From IMG/VR virus record IMGVR_UViG_3300044734_000048, positions 1 to 58,066 of that record: 58,066 nt of DNA; one strand, 5' to 3'. Made by a program: the position numbers and the translations under genes. Positions 37,956 to 47,948 of the stretch are shown piece after piece. Under the pieces are notes generated by a model, which saw only the letters and a program-made list of their open reading frames with translations, made no database searches and had not been told where the DNA came from. The stretch comes from a virus (Duplodnaviria > Caudoviricetes). Positions within the stretch are counted from its first letter, which is position 1, and every line of letters begins with the position of its first letter.

Positions 37956-38642
37956 TCAAAAGGGAATTTCATCGTCTTCAATCCCCTCGTCTTTTGTGTC
38001 GAGTTGCTTGAAGTCTTTACGCATCCGTGCTAGTTCCGCGTCGGCAGGCGCGCCTTCAAGTTGTGGCATTAAATTTCCGGCTTCTTGTACGGCTGGGATA
38101 ACGACATTCTCCATGCGCTCAAGTAGAAACTCTTCCTGAGCATCGAAATTCCACTTACCTAGTTTGTTTTGCGTGGGAGGTGGACATTCGCCCGGATCAT
38201 CTCGCGTATAGACCTGTCGAACGCTTTCACCACCTTGCTTGACATTGAAGGCTGTCGCGTCGCCTTTCGCGTCGTACCACGCGGAGAACTCTATGGGTTG
38301 TGTGAAATCAAGATTCTCCGCTAACTTCATAAAGCGGTTCCCGGCGCGCGAGTTAAATGGAAGATCAAGCACGCACGGCACGCCAGCCGCATCAAGGTAG
38401 AGCTTCCAACCCTTGTAATGCGTGCCCTCATGTTCGCGTGCGTACCATTCGATTTTGCAAACGAGTGCTTCTACGCTTTTGTATCGCTTGATAAATTTGG
38501 CGATCTTCTCTTTTGAGCGCGGATGTTCAACCGTGATGGGTTGATAACCTTCGCGCTCTGTTTTTGATTCCGTGCAAATTGAGTTATGTTTGACTACTAG
38601 GAAAGTGGTTCCTGCGCTTGTCTGCTCTTGTAAGCCTTTCAT
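37956..38642 (-). CDS. Putative ssDNA-binding protein
   Basis: Acidic C-terminus EDDEIPF; replication module. Confidence 0.6.
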   Translation of the reverse strand: MKGLQEQTSAGTTFLVVKHNSICTESKTEREGYQPITVEHPRSKEKIAKFIKRYKSVEALVCKIEWYAREHEGTHYKGWKLYLDAAGVPCVLDLPFNSRAGNRFMKLAENLDFTQPIEFSAWYDAKGDATAFNVKQGGESVRQVYTRDDPGECPPPTQNKLGKWNFDAQEEFLLERMENVVIPAVQEAGNLMPQLEGAPADAELARMRKDFKQLDTKDEGIEDDEIPF

Positions 38643-38711
38643 AGATGAACCTTTCTTTTGTTGTTGGGTTGATTGAAACTCGCACGAGCTTCGCTTCATA
38701 AAATATTCAAC

Positions 38712-39119
38712 TCTTATTTCGTCTCTGCAAACATCCCACTTTCAAGAACTACAATCCCGCAAAATTCAGCCAAGAATTTAGCTGCCAAGTCCTAGCTCCA
38801 AAGCCTGCCCGGCCTGCTCGTTGACTTTCGTTCGCGGGTCTAGCACGGCACACTTCAAAGTGATGTGGGCTTGCTCGTGCGTAATAGATGGATCGCCGTA
38901 CTCAGCTTTAAGCCACTGATGAAATGGCACGACAAACGCCACATGGTAATAACCGTTTTGGCCAAGACTTCGCGTTCGTTTCCGCGCCTTCATCTTGACT
39001 TCCCACAACCCCGACAGCGTGCCGATGTGGGTCATTAGCTTTCGCTTCTCTTCCACAATGGAGAGATTTATGACCATCGGTGACTCACGATCAATGTTTT
39101 GTTTTCTAGCCTCGCTCAT
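38712..39119 (-). pseudogene. NinB-like protein, frameshifted or internally deleted
   Basis: 'KRTRSLGQNGYYH'; plausible C-terminus AAKFLAEFCGIVV lies in another frame. Confidence 0.5.
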
Positions 39120-39321
39120 TACGTCTCAGTTGCGCTCCCCCTTTGGAGATGTTGTGGAAAGTTGAAAGCTGAGAACGAATCATCCAGCGGACTCGCTCCC
39201 AGGAAAGAAAATTCAAGACGGTAGTTGCGGCTACCGCGACCCTCCGAAACGTTCAAACTTCCAGCGGCTTGCTTCGTCGCTTTAGGTCAGCTAAGTGTGC
39301 GTCGTTTATAGGATACGAACT

Positions 39322-39681
39322 TCAAAAATCGTCGTGGTCGGTATAACCATCCGACTCGTCGGGAATGTGCGCCTCCGATTCTGCGTCTGCTTCTGGTAGA
39401 GCTTTCGGCATCTCCCACGATCTGGCCGGTGGAGTGTCGTTGTATCTGGCAACGCCAAAAGCTACGGCCTGGGAAACGGGAGTGATGCCGTACAAAGCAT
39501 TGAGATGGAAGTAGCGAGTATTGAACTCCTTCCATTCAACGTCTTTCGGAATGTCTATGCGAATCATTGGCACGCCGAAAACCTGTTCCTCTCTCACACG
39601 ACCGCCCAAGCGGACTTTGCCCATCAGTTCAAGAATGGCGAACTGATCGAATGACGATTTAGCTTCTGCTGTCTCTGGCAT
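39322..39681 (-). CDS. Phage hypothetical protein
   Basis: 'AILELMGKVRLGGRVREE..IRIDIP..LYGITP'; AGGAG RBS. Confidence 0.6.
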   Translation of the reverse strand: MPETAEAKSSFDQFAILELMGKVRLGGRVREEQVFGVPMIRIDIPKDVEWKEFNTRYFHLNALYGITPVSQAVAFGVARYNDTPPARSWEMPKALPEADAESEAHIPDESDGYTDHDDF

Positions 39682-39804
39682 ATTTTCTCCTTGCTCTGTT
39701 GCTCCCTTTGGAGATGGAAAGATTTTCAAAATAGATAACGAGAGCTTTTATGAGGCGGATATTTTCTATGCCGCTTCGCTCGTCTGCTCTAATCCAATGC
39801 GCCG

Positions 39805-40086
39805 TCAATCCTGTCCGATGCTGGCGTCAAACTTCTTTAGAGCGCGACGTGCCGCTAGAAAAGCATCGTGACCAACGGGATGACTGCCCTCTATTTGGCG
39901 CACGACAGTGCGAAGAGCATTAACCGGCTCAACTAACAATGCGACAAGTTTCTCCCGCGCATGACACCGGGCGCAGTTTTCAGGGTGTCCGCCATGTGGG
40001 TGCGGGTGCGGCACTGAAATCAACGCGCGGTCAACCGCTGCCTCTATCGCTATTCTCCGCTGTTCTTCCAAAGTTGGTTTAGCCAT
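39805..40086 (-). CDS. Hypothetical protein
   Basis: GAGG RBS; His/Cys cluster. Confidence 0.5.
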   Translation of the reverse strand: MAKPTLEEQRRIAIEAAVDRALISVPHPHPHGGHPENCARCHAREKLVALLVEPVNALRTVVRQIEGSHPVGHDAFLAARRALKKFDASIGQD

Positions 40087-40357
40087 TGTTACCTCGCTCC
40101 AGCGCGGAGCATGACTACCGCCATCCGTGCAAATCTCCGAATGGGCGACAGCCGTTTACAGGGAGCAGCCACCGCCCTTATTGACCCAGGAAGCGTTTCC
40201 CTGCCCGCATCCCCAGGCTGAAGCTACTTAATCCCTCAAAAGGCGTATGGTCATAGATGCTTTCGTACCCTTGCGGGCAGTGGAGTCAACACGCATGACC
40301 ACCGTAGCCTTGAGCCGGGTGTTTCGCTTCCGTGAATATCAATTCGTGCCAATACAG

Positions 40358-40756
40358 TCAGCGGTCTTTGTCGTCGTCGCTCAGTTTGCGGAGAGCGTCG
40401 TTAACGAGCGGCAACATGCCTTGCAGTTCTTCGTTAGTCATGCGCCGACGGTCGCACTCGGTATTGTTGTCGAGTCGGATTGTTACCATCACACCCTGCT
40501 CGTAGTCCGGGTGGAGGTAACACTCAATCTCACGCCTCTCGCGCTTCTCAAGGACGATCTGCTTGAGTTCGCTAACGACATTGCTCGCTCCTTCGAGCCT
40601 GCCCTTGTAATCCTTCTTGGCGGCCTCAAACTCGCTCTCGATTTTTTCGCGTTCCTCCATTTTGGTCGCCAGTTCCGAGCCTCGCGCCTGAATCTCCGGT
40701 GCGGTTAGGTCACAGTAGAGCGACCTCATAAATGTTTCACCCGTTGCTGTACTCAT
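40358..40756 (-). CDS. Hypothetical protein
   Basis: AGGAG RBS; 'IRLDN....RRMTNEELQ' phage motif. Confidence 0.6.
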   Translation of the reverse strand: MSTATGETFMRSLYCDLTAPEIQARGSELATKMEEREKIESEFEAAKKDYKGRLEGASNVVSELKQIVLEKRERREIECYLHPDYEQGVMVTIRLDNNTECDRRRMTNEELQGMLPLVNDALRKLSDDDKDR

Positions 40757-40889
40757 ATATGCTCCTTTCAAAGTCCGCCGAGAGGCGGCTCTCACACCTA
40801 CTTAAAATAGAAGGTTCTACGGCCTCGCTTCCCCTTCCAAAATGTTTACTGAGCAATCGCTTTCATCCGCTTCACATGCTCCACCAAAA

Positions 40890-41441
40890 CTACTTCGGCT
40901 TACTCGTTACATCGGCGTACATCTCGTCCAGGGTCTTGAGGTATGCCGCCACACGTCCGCGCTCCGTCTCATCTGGAAATTCAGGCAGGAGTTTACGCAG
41001 GCTGGAAATCTGTTCGCGGATAGAGAAGCGGAGTCTTTGCTCTCGCGTCATAGAGTCTCTGTTACCATCTCCGCATTGGTCATGTATTGCCAATCCAGCG
41101 ACTTGCTCCGGTGTCGGGTGAAGCAGCTTATCTTTTTCGTTGATCTCGCGCAGAGCATTAAAAATCCGGTCGGCGACTTCGCGGGTGATGCTCTGAGGGT
41201 GACTTTCTATCTCGTCATACAAATCATTTAAGACTTTGACGGCGGCTCTTACTTCCTTCTCTGGCGCATCAAGGGCATAATTGACCGCGTTGTCTAGTGA
41301 GGCTTTACATTGAGGCGAGTGAAAGTTTTCGACTGCACATGAGCGACTCACTAATATGCAGACCGAAGTGGATTGTTGAGCGTAGCCGGTTAAGGTCAAT
41401 GCAAAAAGTGTTAAGAGGAATGTTATTTGAAATTGCTTCAT
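40890..41441 (-). CDS. Secreted hypothetical protein
   Basis: Signal peptide ending GYA; four Cys. Confidence 0.6.
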   Translation of the reverse strand: MKQFQITFLLTLFALTLTGYAQQSTSVCILVSRSCAVENFHSPQCKASLDNAVNYALDAPEKEVRAAVKVLNDLYDEIESHPQSITREVADRIFNALREINEKDKLLHPTPEQVAGLAIHDQCGDGNRDSMTREQRLRFSIREQISSLRKLLPEFPDETERGRVAAYLKTLDEMYADVTSKPK

Positions 41442-41524
41442 TGAAATGTTCCTTTCATTAGTTTGAGCGAGGTGTTAGAACCTCACCTGTTAGCGTTTGA
41501 ATCCCTTGTGTTCGCAGTAGTGAC

Positions 41525-42772
41525 TCACAGATTTGCCTCTACTATCCTCTGCATTAAGAGAGGACAAACTGCGTTTCCTATCACCCTGCATGCCAGACTG
41601 TTCTTAATCGGTAGAGCGTAAGAGTCCGGGATAGATTGAAAGCGTGCGAGAGCGCGGGGTGTCATTGAAACAACTCTGCCCTGCGAGAGCCATGCTCTGA
41701 ACGGATGCCTTGTCTGGCTCGCGGTGGTAGTCACAACGGGACTATCACCATCCATCACTGCCAACTCGCCTTCGTAGTTCGCAGGCTTGCCATCCACGAT
41801 GAACGCTCTAACCTTGCGCGCGTCTCTAGTGTCCACCGTGAAGCACGGGCTTTTGTCTTCGCGTTGTGTCACCTTTGCGCCTTCGCTGTTTGTCTGGTCT
41901 GAAAGAATGAAAGCTCTTGGTATGCCGTTACCGTTGACCTTGATAGTGAATACCGGCTCGGCTTCGCCTCTGACAACGAACCTGTCATTGTCGGCATTGG
42001 GATGAGCGATGAAGGCGCGGGGCATGTGCGCCGGTCGCGTTATACTTGTAACCGTAAAGGCTGGCTCGCTTCGCGGTCGCCGAAGTTGAGCTTTTTGGAC
42101 ATTCTGGCTATCGTAAATTCCTTCCGCGTTCGTAATGCTTTCCGGCAGTCTCTTTAGTTGCCACTCCGCAAATTTCGATTCAGGCAGTGTGTGAATCAAA
42201 TCCTCAATAGCCGCATACCAGCCATTCCACGCAGGCAAAAACATGTCGCCATGCTGCCTGTGTGTGGCCTGTGGCTTCTCTACTTTGCGAATACGAGAGG
42301 CGACAAGGATTAAGCGTTTACGAGTCTGAGGCACGCCGTAATCGGCGCTGTTGAGATGCCAGAAGCGGAAGTTATACCCCTGAGATTCAAGCGCAGCGCA
42401 GATGATGCGGAATGACTCAAACTCACGATATTTCCAGACGTTTTCCAGGGAGAACACCGGAGACTGTAGGGCAGTAATCGCTCTTGCTGTGGCCTTCGCA
42501 GTTTCAATATCTGTGAACTCTTCTCTGGCATCCGATTTAGCGACAGAGGCATTGACACAGACAGGCGAGGCATGAAGCCAGTAGGGTGATTGAAGACGAG
42601 AGTAGTCAACGTCGCAGACGCTTTTGACGATGACATTTTCAAGACCGTTCATCTCTGCGACCGCCGCTATCTCAGCACCAATCTCAACTCCCCAGATTGG
42701 CTCAAGGCCAGCCATCTGCGCGCCCGTGCCCGCTAAGTCTCCACCTGTAAAAAGAGATGCAAAAGTCTTCAT
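41525..42772 (-). CDS. C5 cytosine DNA methyltransferase with repeated variable region
   Basis: FTGG motif I, SPVC motif IV, ENV, QTRKR, 'RFQSIPD', 'IGNAV'. Confidence 0.9.
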   Translation of the reverse strand: MKTFASLFTGGDLAGTGAQMAGLEPIWGVEIGAEIAAVAEMNGLENVIVKSVCDVDYSRLQSPYWLHASPVCVNASVAKSDAREEFTDIETAKATARAITALQSPVFSLENVWKYREFESFRIICAALESQGYNFRFWHLNSADYGVPQTRKRLILVASRIRKVEKPQATHRQHGDMFLPAWNGWYAAIEDLIHTLPESKFAEWQLKRLPESITNAEGIYDSQNVQKAQLRRPRSEPAFTVTSITRPAHMPRAFIAHPNADNDRFVVRGEAEPVFTIKVNGNGIPRAFILSDQTNSEGAKVTQREDKSPCFTVDTRDARKVRAFIVDGKPANYEGELAVMDGDSPVVTTTASQTRHPFRAWLSQGRVVSMTPRALARFQSIPDSYALPIKNSLACRVIGNAVCPLLMQRIVEANL

Positions 42773-42827
42773 AATTCCACTTGCTTGGTTTGTTATCTCC
42801 GCGTACCCGCTTCCTTAAGAGGTGCGG

Positions 42828-43613
42828 TTATGCCGCTTGGCACATTGGCCCACACTCAATATCTTCATCTGGAATTTCTAGCCCGACATCTGGCGGCAAC
42901 TCGTCAAGAAAGGTTCGCTCACCCTTCAGTTGAACCAAGCGCACGCCCAATTTACGACTCTGCTCACAACGCCTTTGAAATACATCTGGAAAATGAATGC
43001 GCGTTCGATTCCAGTAGCCAGGAGACTTAGATTTCACGCAGCCTTTACAATTCGCATTGTCGAATCCAAGCGAGTACATAGCAGAAGGGGCAATGCCCGC
43101 CTTCGCCAGCACGTCAAAGCAAATCTGCTTAGTAACTCCCAAGTCAATCAATATCCACTCAACAAACAATTCTGGATTTTGCTGCTCAAACCTCCTTGCC
43201 CTGGCAATCTCTTTAGGGTCTGCCGTGTAGCCAAAGATGTGAACGTCTGCCACATCTTGAAAGTCAAATCGAGGAATCTTTTTCATCTCAACCGTGCAAC
43301 GCGCGCCGCCTATGCCTGCCATGTAGCGGGTCTCTTCAAATACTTCGTCAATGTCCTGGTAGAGTTTTGAGCGAATCTGTTTGATGGGTCGTCCATACCA
43401 GCGTTCACAGTCCTTTAAGAATCTGGCGTTGTCCTCGTGTTCTGTTGAAAGCGTGTCACAGTTGACCACTTCGCAGCGGTCGCCGTACTTCTCAATAGTC
43501 AGCTTCGCAGCCACAGCACTTGCCTTGCCACAAGAAAACCATGCGACAATCCGACCTTCCCACAACGCGGTTTGTTTTGCTGTCTTGTTAACCATTTTTC
43601 TACGTCGGCGCAT
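42828..43613 (-). CDS. PAPS-reductase-family protein
   Basis: PP-loop-like 'WFSCGKASAV', 'CTVEMK', 'NANCKGCVK'. Confidence 0.8.
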   Translation of the reverse strand: MRRRRKMVNKTAKQTALWEGRIVAWFSCGKASAVAAKLTIEKYGDRCEVVNCDTLSTEHEDNARFLKDCERWYGRPIKQIRSKLYQDIDEVFEETRYMAGIGGARCTVEMKKIPRFDFQDVADVHIFGYTADPKEIARARRFEQQNPELFVEWILIDLGVTKQICFDVLAKAGIAPSAMYSLGFDNANCKGCVKSKSPGYWNRTRIHFPDVFQRRCEQSRKLGVRLVQLKGERTFLDELPPDVGLEIPDEDIECGPMCQAA

Positions 43614-43620
43614 TCCCCAC

Positions 43621-44244
43621 TCATGACCCTCTGCTTGCCTGCCAGCACCTCATCAGAGTTTCAACTGCTCTATCCTTCGCGCCCGAATCGAAGTAAAACC
43701 ACAACAGGGTCAGGGCTGAATAGGCCGCACCGCATGCCTCGGTAAACTTGCCTTGCATGAAATAGACATCGGCTCTGGTCAGACGAGTCTCGCCTAAATT
43801 CGCATCATCGTTTGTCTGGCTGAAATACTCTTCGGCGTGGTCAAGAAATGCGTGAGCCTCTTCAAGCTGATTAAGGTCAACCAAGGCGTAAGCGATGTTG
43901 CACTCGATTGAAGCGCAGACTTGCCGCCCTTCCTCATCCGTTGGCTCTAGGCGCAACGCGGTCTCGTATTGCCTAATAGCCTCTACATTCCTTCCCAAAA
44001 GCCTGTACGTGCGCCCCAGGCCGCAATAGAAGTGCCTTCTGTACTTCGGCTCTGCTTTATCAAAGACGGGCTGTAGCCGTAAGTGTCTCCGTAGTGCCAG
44101 CTCATATTTGCCTTCGGCGCGAGCGGTGATGCACCGTCTGACAGAGCGGTTGAGCTTTAGCTCGACTTTGGTTTGGTTAATTACGTGCATACGGATTTCA
44201 GACCATGTAAACTCTGCGCGCCGGAATTGCCCGGCCAATTTCAA
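43621..44244 (-). CDS. TPR-repeat protein
   Basis: About four TPR-like units (e.g. LGRTYRLLGRNVEAIRQYETAL); alternative start ATG 44190. Confidence 0.8.
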   Translation of the reverse strand: MKLAGQFRRAEFTWSEIRMHVINQTKVELKLNRSVRRCITARAEGKYELALRRHLRLQPVFDKAEPKYRRHFYCGLGRTYRLLGRNVEAIRQYETALRLEPTDEEGRQVCASIECNIAYALVDLNQLEEAHAFLDHAEEYFSQTNDDANLGETRLTRADVYFMQGKFTEACGAAYSALTLLWFYFDSGAKDRAVETLMRCWQASRGS

Positions 44245-44255
44245 GGAGATTAACG

Positions 44256-44444
44256 ATGAGAAGAGTCAAGCATCTTGTAATCGCTCTAGCCCTCGCACTG
44301 AGCGTGGTTTCGTCTGTGAAAGCAGGAGAGATAGAAGTTGGCGGCTTCTGTGATTCGCCGGAATGCGCCCAAGCTAATCCTGCCCCACAGGGATACTCGT
44401 GGACGTTTGTTGATGGCCTGTATTGGTTAATGTCCATCGTGTAA
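44256..44444 (+). CDS. Small secreted peptide
   Basis: AAGGAG RBS; signal peptide ending VKA; 39-aa mature part; stem TAGCGGG..CCCGCTA downstream. Confidence 0.7.
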   Translation: MRRVKHLVIALALALSVVSSVKAGEIEVGGFCDSPECAQANPAPQGYSWTFVDGLYWLMSIV

Positions 44445-44535
44445 CTTTCAGTAGCGGGCAGAGCCTTCAAAATGTCCACCCGCTACCTTCCTCGCGCGAG
44501 TGCTTTCAAAATCGCGCATTACCTCTGACTGCCGC

Positions 44536-44976
44536 TTAGGTACAATTACAAAAGGTGCGCTCTAACACAATGAGTTTTGAGAGCGGATTCTCAGCGAGCC
44601 ATAAGCCGCGATTCTCACAAGGTTCTAGGTAAGAAAGCCGCAAGAGCATTGCTATACCGAACCTTGCATGTGCAAGCGCATGAGGCACTATTTGAGCCGC
44701 AACATTGAAAGGCGGATTCGTCACAATCCACTCAACACTAGGAAGCCGCGCCCATGAAGAACTTAAAGAAACATCTTCGGAATAATCACACTGTCGCAAA
44801 GGGTCAATGTCGTTAGTTTGGACTCGCACCACGCGGGGAGATTCAATCAAAGCAGGGAGCAGCGCGCCGCTGCCCGCGCAACATTCAAGTACGCGCCCGC
44901 TAATGGGTACGCGAGAACAGAGCGCGCGAGATGCCCATTCAGGAGTAGCGTAAAAATCGTTAGGGCGTCTTGCCAT
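44536..44976 (-). CDS. Amino-(N6A/N4C) DNA methyltransferase, probably C-terminally truncated
   Basis: 'DFYATP', 'LECCAGSG', 'VTNPPF', 'LLRLSYLE'; ends abruptly after LIVL. Confidence 0.75.
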   Translation of the reverse strand: MARRPNDFYATPEWASRALCSRVPISGRVLECCAGSGALLPALIESPRVVRVQTNDIDPLRQCDYSEDVSLSSSWARLPSVEWIVTNPPFNVAAQIVPHALAHARFGIAMLLRLSYLEPCENRGLWLAENPLSKLIVLERTFCNCT

Positions 44977-45014
44977 AGTTCAAAAGGAATCTGCGCTTTT
45001 CAAAGCGCGAGACT

Positions 45015-45521
45015 TTATTCGTTGACCGCTTTTCGTAAACCCTGACCGCCAATCTCATAGCCGCGCGGCTTATTAGCTTTTCTCGCATCAACCGCTGTTT
45101 TACTGATTCGTTCGGTTTCACTTTCTATTTCTGCAACACAGGCGAGTGCTTCGGTCTTGCCGTCTGCGCTCATTTTGCCGATAGCTTCCGGTGTGATTCT
45201 GCGAAGTCTGTCTCTAGCCATCTGTAAAATGCTGACAGGCTCTTCGTCGAGAAGTTCCAATTCCAGAGCGTGTCTCCAAATGATTCTGAATATCTTTTTG
45301 GCAATCTTTTTCTTGTGGCGTCTTGCGCCGTACATCAAAGCTACCGTCTCGCTCACGGTGTTGGTGGTAGGGTCGTCAACTCTGAGCATGGCCGTGAGTC
45401 TGGAATATTTGATTCCGCTGAACCTTGCCACTGGCCCCGCATCGCCATGTTGAAAAAGGTCGTCAACCTCTTTATCAATCGCGTATTCGTCCGGCGGCAG
45501 GATTTCTTTTGAATTTTCCAT
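45015..45521 (-). CDS. Putative CII-like regulator
   Basis: HTH-like 'VARFSGIKYSRLTAML'; early-operon position; weak. Confidence 0.35.
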   Translation of the reverse strand: MENSKEILPPDEYAIDKEVDDLFQHGDAGPVARFSGIKYSRLTAMLRVDDPTTNTVSETVALMYGARRHKKKIAKKIFRIIWRHALELELLDEEPVSILQMARDRLRRITPEAIGKMSADGKTEALACVAEIESETERISKTAVDARKANKPRGYEIGGQGLRKAVNE

Positions 45522-45656
45522 ATAGCGAAAACTTTCTTTCAAATTTCCTTCTCATCACTACCCGCTGCTGCTACTCTTCTCACTGTCGGTAATCACTACC
45601 GATTAAGGCGAACAGTTCGCTGATGCGCGGCTCTAAAAGCCAAAGATTTTTGATAG

Positions 45657-45941
45657 TTAAATAACGAGAGATTCATTAGCTGTGGAATCCCCGCTTCCCA
45701 CGCTGGCAAGCCGCTCTTCAGTTCCTAGCCGGATGGTGACTTTCAACTTGTCATCATCAATCCACTCAAACACCCGAACCTTCACGGCATCTGTTGTAGC
45801 AACTTCTGCCGCAATATCTTTCACGAATCGAGCGGTATAAAGCATGATGCCGAACTCTTTCAGACACCGCTCCACCCTGTCCGCTGGCACTTGAAAGAAG
45901 TCCTCGACTGTCTTGATAAGGTAATGCTTTGGCTGTTCCAT
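45657..45941 (-). CDS. Hypothetical protein
   Basis: AAGG RBS; 'FEWIDD'. Confidence 0.5.
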   Translation of the reverse strand: MEQPKHYLIKTVEDFFQVPADRVERCLKEFGIMLYTARFVKDIAAEVATTDAVKVRVFEWIDDDKLKVTIRLGTEERLASVGSGDSTANESLVI

Positions 45942-46378
45942 CTTTACCTTTCCAGCGCGTTTAAGCGGGGAACTCTGCCGTTAATGAATCTCTTCGTTAT
46001 TACCAAAACCGTTCCTTGAAAACTGAAATAATTGCTTGCGGCTAGTCAGGAGTTAGAGGCACGGCACTAGCCGCTTTGTATTAGCCGTGCGAGCAAATCG
46101 AACTGGACTGTAGAGCTATGACCGATCCCTACTATCAATTTCGGGCACTGGCTTTCCATAGCTGCCCAAGCCTCCGAGCCGATACTTTGCTACAGCCCAT
46201 AAATTGTCAAACTTACTCAGGGTCAGAAGTCTCAGGACGTAATACCCACCGCTTCAACCTTAGCTTTATCGTGGTTCCGACCCTGAAAATTAAAAGAACT
46301 TTGTGAGAGCGAAGCGAAAGAAACTTGCTTGTTATCGCTTAAGTGGTTGCCCGCTAAAGCGAGGCTGAAAGTTTCGCT

Positions 46379-46642
46379 CTAACCGCACCCATGGTCGCCT
46401 TCTTCGGTATTGCAGCCGTGTTGTGCTGCACGCCTTTTCCATGAAGCGGCTTCGCTGGCACTTAATGCCGCGCTGGTGTAGTCAGCCTGCATTTGGATAT
46501 AGGTTTTGTAGTTGATAACCACGCTGACGGGTTTATCGCCGTCAAGTAAAATCGTAACTGGCGAAAGCTGTTCTATCTTCTCTACGCTTAGTCGGGTGAA
46601 CTTACTCGCACTGAGATAGCCAACATCTTTTAGGTCAATCAT
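46379..46642 (-). CDS. Phd/YefM-like antitoxin-fold protein
   Basis: 'LSASKFTR...PVTILLDGDKPVSVVINYKTY'. Confidence 0.5.
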   Translation of the reverse strand: MIDLKDVGYLSASKFTRLSVEKIEQLSPVTILLDGDKPVSVVINYKTYIQMQADYTSAALSASEAASWKRRAAQHGCNTEEGDHGCG

Positions 46643-46807
46643 CTTTTACCTCGTGGAAGCGATTAAACGGAGACCTAAGATTTAATCGGCACGGTCAGTC
46701 GTCTCTCCTTAAAATCAAATTCCTAAACACTTGTTTCCCTATCCAATACAGACCATAGCCTGCTAAGAGAGGGACAATGACAGCAGTAAAAATGAGTGCC
46801 AGTTGAA

Positions 46808-47029
46808 TCATTGATTCTTCATTAGCCCATTGATAAGTTCTAGCTTTTCAAGTGTAGTTAAGTATGCTTCTTCGTAGCCTTCGCCAAAGTTTTTACCGAG
46901 AGCATTTCTGACCGAGGGTGTTAAGGAGCGATAGCACCAACGGCAAAATGATTGCCGACTTAACTTTGACTTTCCGCACTTGCAGATCGTTGAATTAAAT
47001 TCACTCCATATATCGCTTAATTGAGACAT
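46808..47029 (-). CDS. Zn-finger hypothetical protein
   Basis: CKCG..FCRWCYRSL. Confidence 0.5.
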   Translation of the reverse strand: MSQLSDIWSEFNSTICKCGKSKLSRQSFCRWCYRSLTPSVRNALGKNFGEGYEEAYLTTLEKLELINGLMKNQ

Positions 47030-47948
47030 TGATTTTCACCCAAACAGATAATGAAACACCCTTTTCCATCGAGGCATCCGGCATTCTCTGCAATCACAAA
47101 CAGGATCGAAGTTATATGTAGAATGCAGAGATGAATTTAACTGCGCCAAATTGATGTAGCCTCCGCGACGGTGGTTTGAGCCGTTGATTGTTTGTTGAGT
47201 CAACATGAGATTTATTAACCTACAAGGCTCAAAGTCAGTGGCTCATTCAAACATTGAAATTCACGCTCAAATTTCTCACGAACCTCAATGCCTCGCTTTT
47301 GTGTGCGGAGGTCTTCTATCTCTCCCGCTAAACGATCACGGTCAGTATCCAGGCGTGATAGCTCGTCTATTCGAGAGGAGATGATTTGTGATAGCTGTTG
47401 AGAGTTCATAGAAAGTTCCTGTTTTGCGCTGTCAAGCCATGTGCTATTGACCGGAAACGCTCACCCAAGCAATCGGCTTCCATTGCATTGGTTCAATGAG
47501 TCCCTTTTTAACAAGATCGTGAAAAGTGATAACTCGAACCTCTTGTTGATTGTCGGACATGCGTAATTTGCCGCTTGCATCACGATAGATAGTTGCGCCG
47601 CTTCTCAAGCGTCTGAGTAATGCCTTTTTATGAGAGTTCAGTTTCATCAAAGCTTCGGCGGAGACTCCTGCTTTTAAGCGCCCGCTCTTTTCGTTGGCAT
47701 CGAGTGGACATGATCTATAAATGCGCTCGTGTCTGCCGTGCGACACCATCTATAACCAGCCCCGTTGCCGGGCCGAGACGAACCGAGCTTTACGCCGCAC
47801 GTCTCGCACCACGTTTGTTTCCTGCCGCCCGCGACTTTACGCACCATGCGGCACCCGTTCGGCGCGGTGTACTCGTCAAGGTAGTAAAGGTCTGTTTGGT
47901 TTAAGTCAGCCATTTTGATTTCACTGTTTCCAGAGATGGAGAGAGCTT

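Noticed and set aside
39130-39725. GCTCCC..TTTGGAGATG repeated at ~39134 and ~39701
   Set aside because: Short and imperfect; probably a duplicated leader/RBS region with no further support
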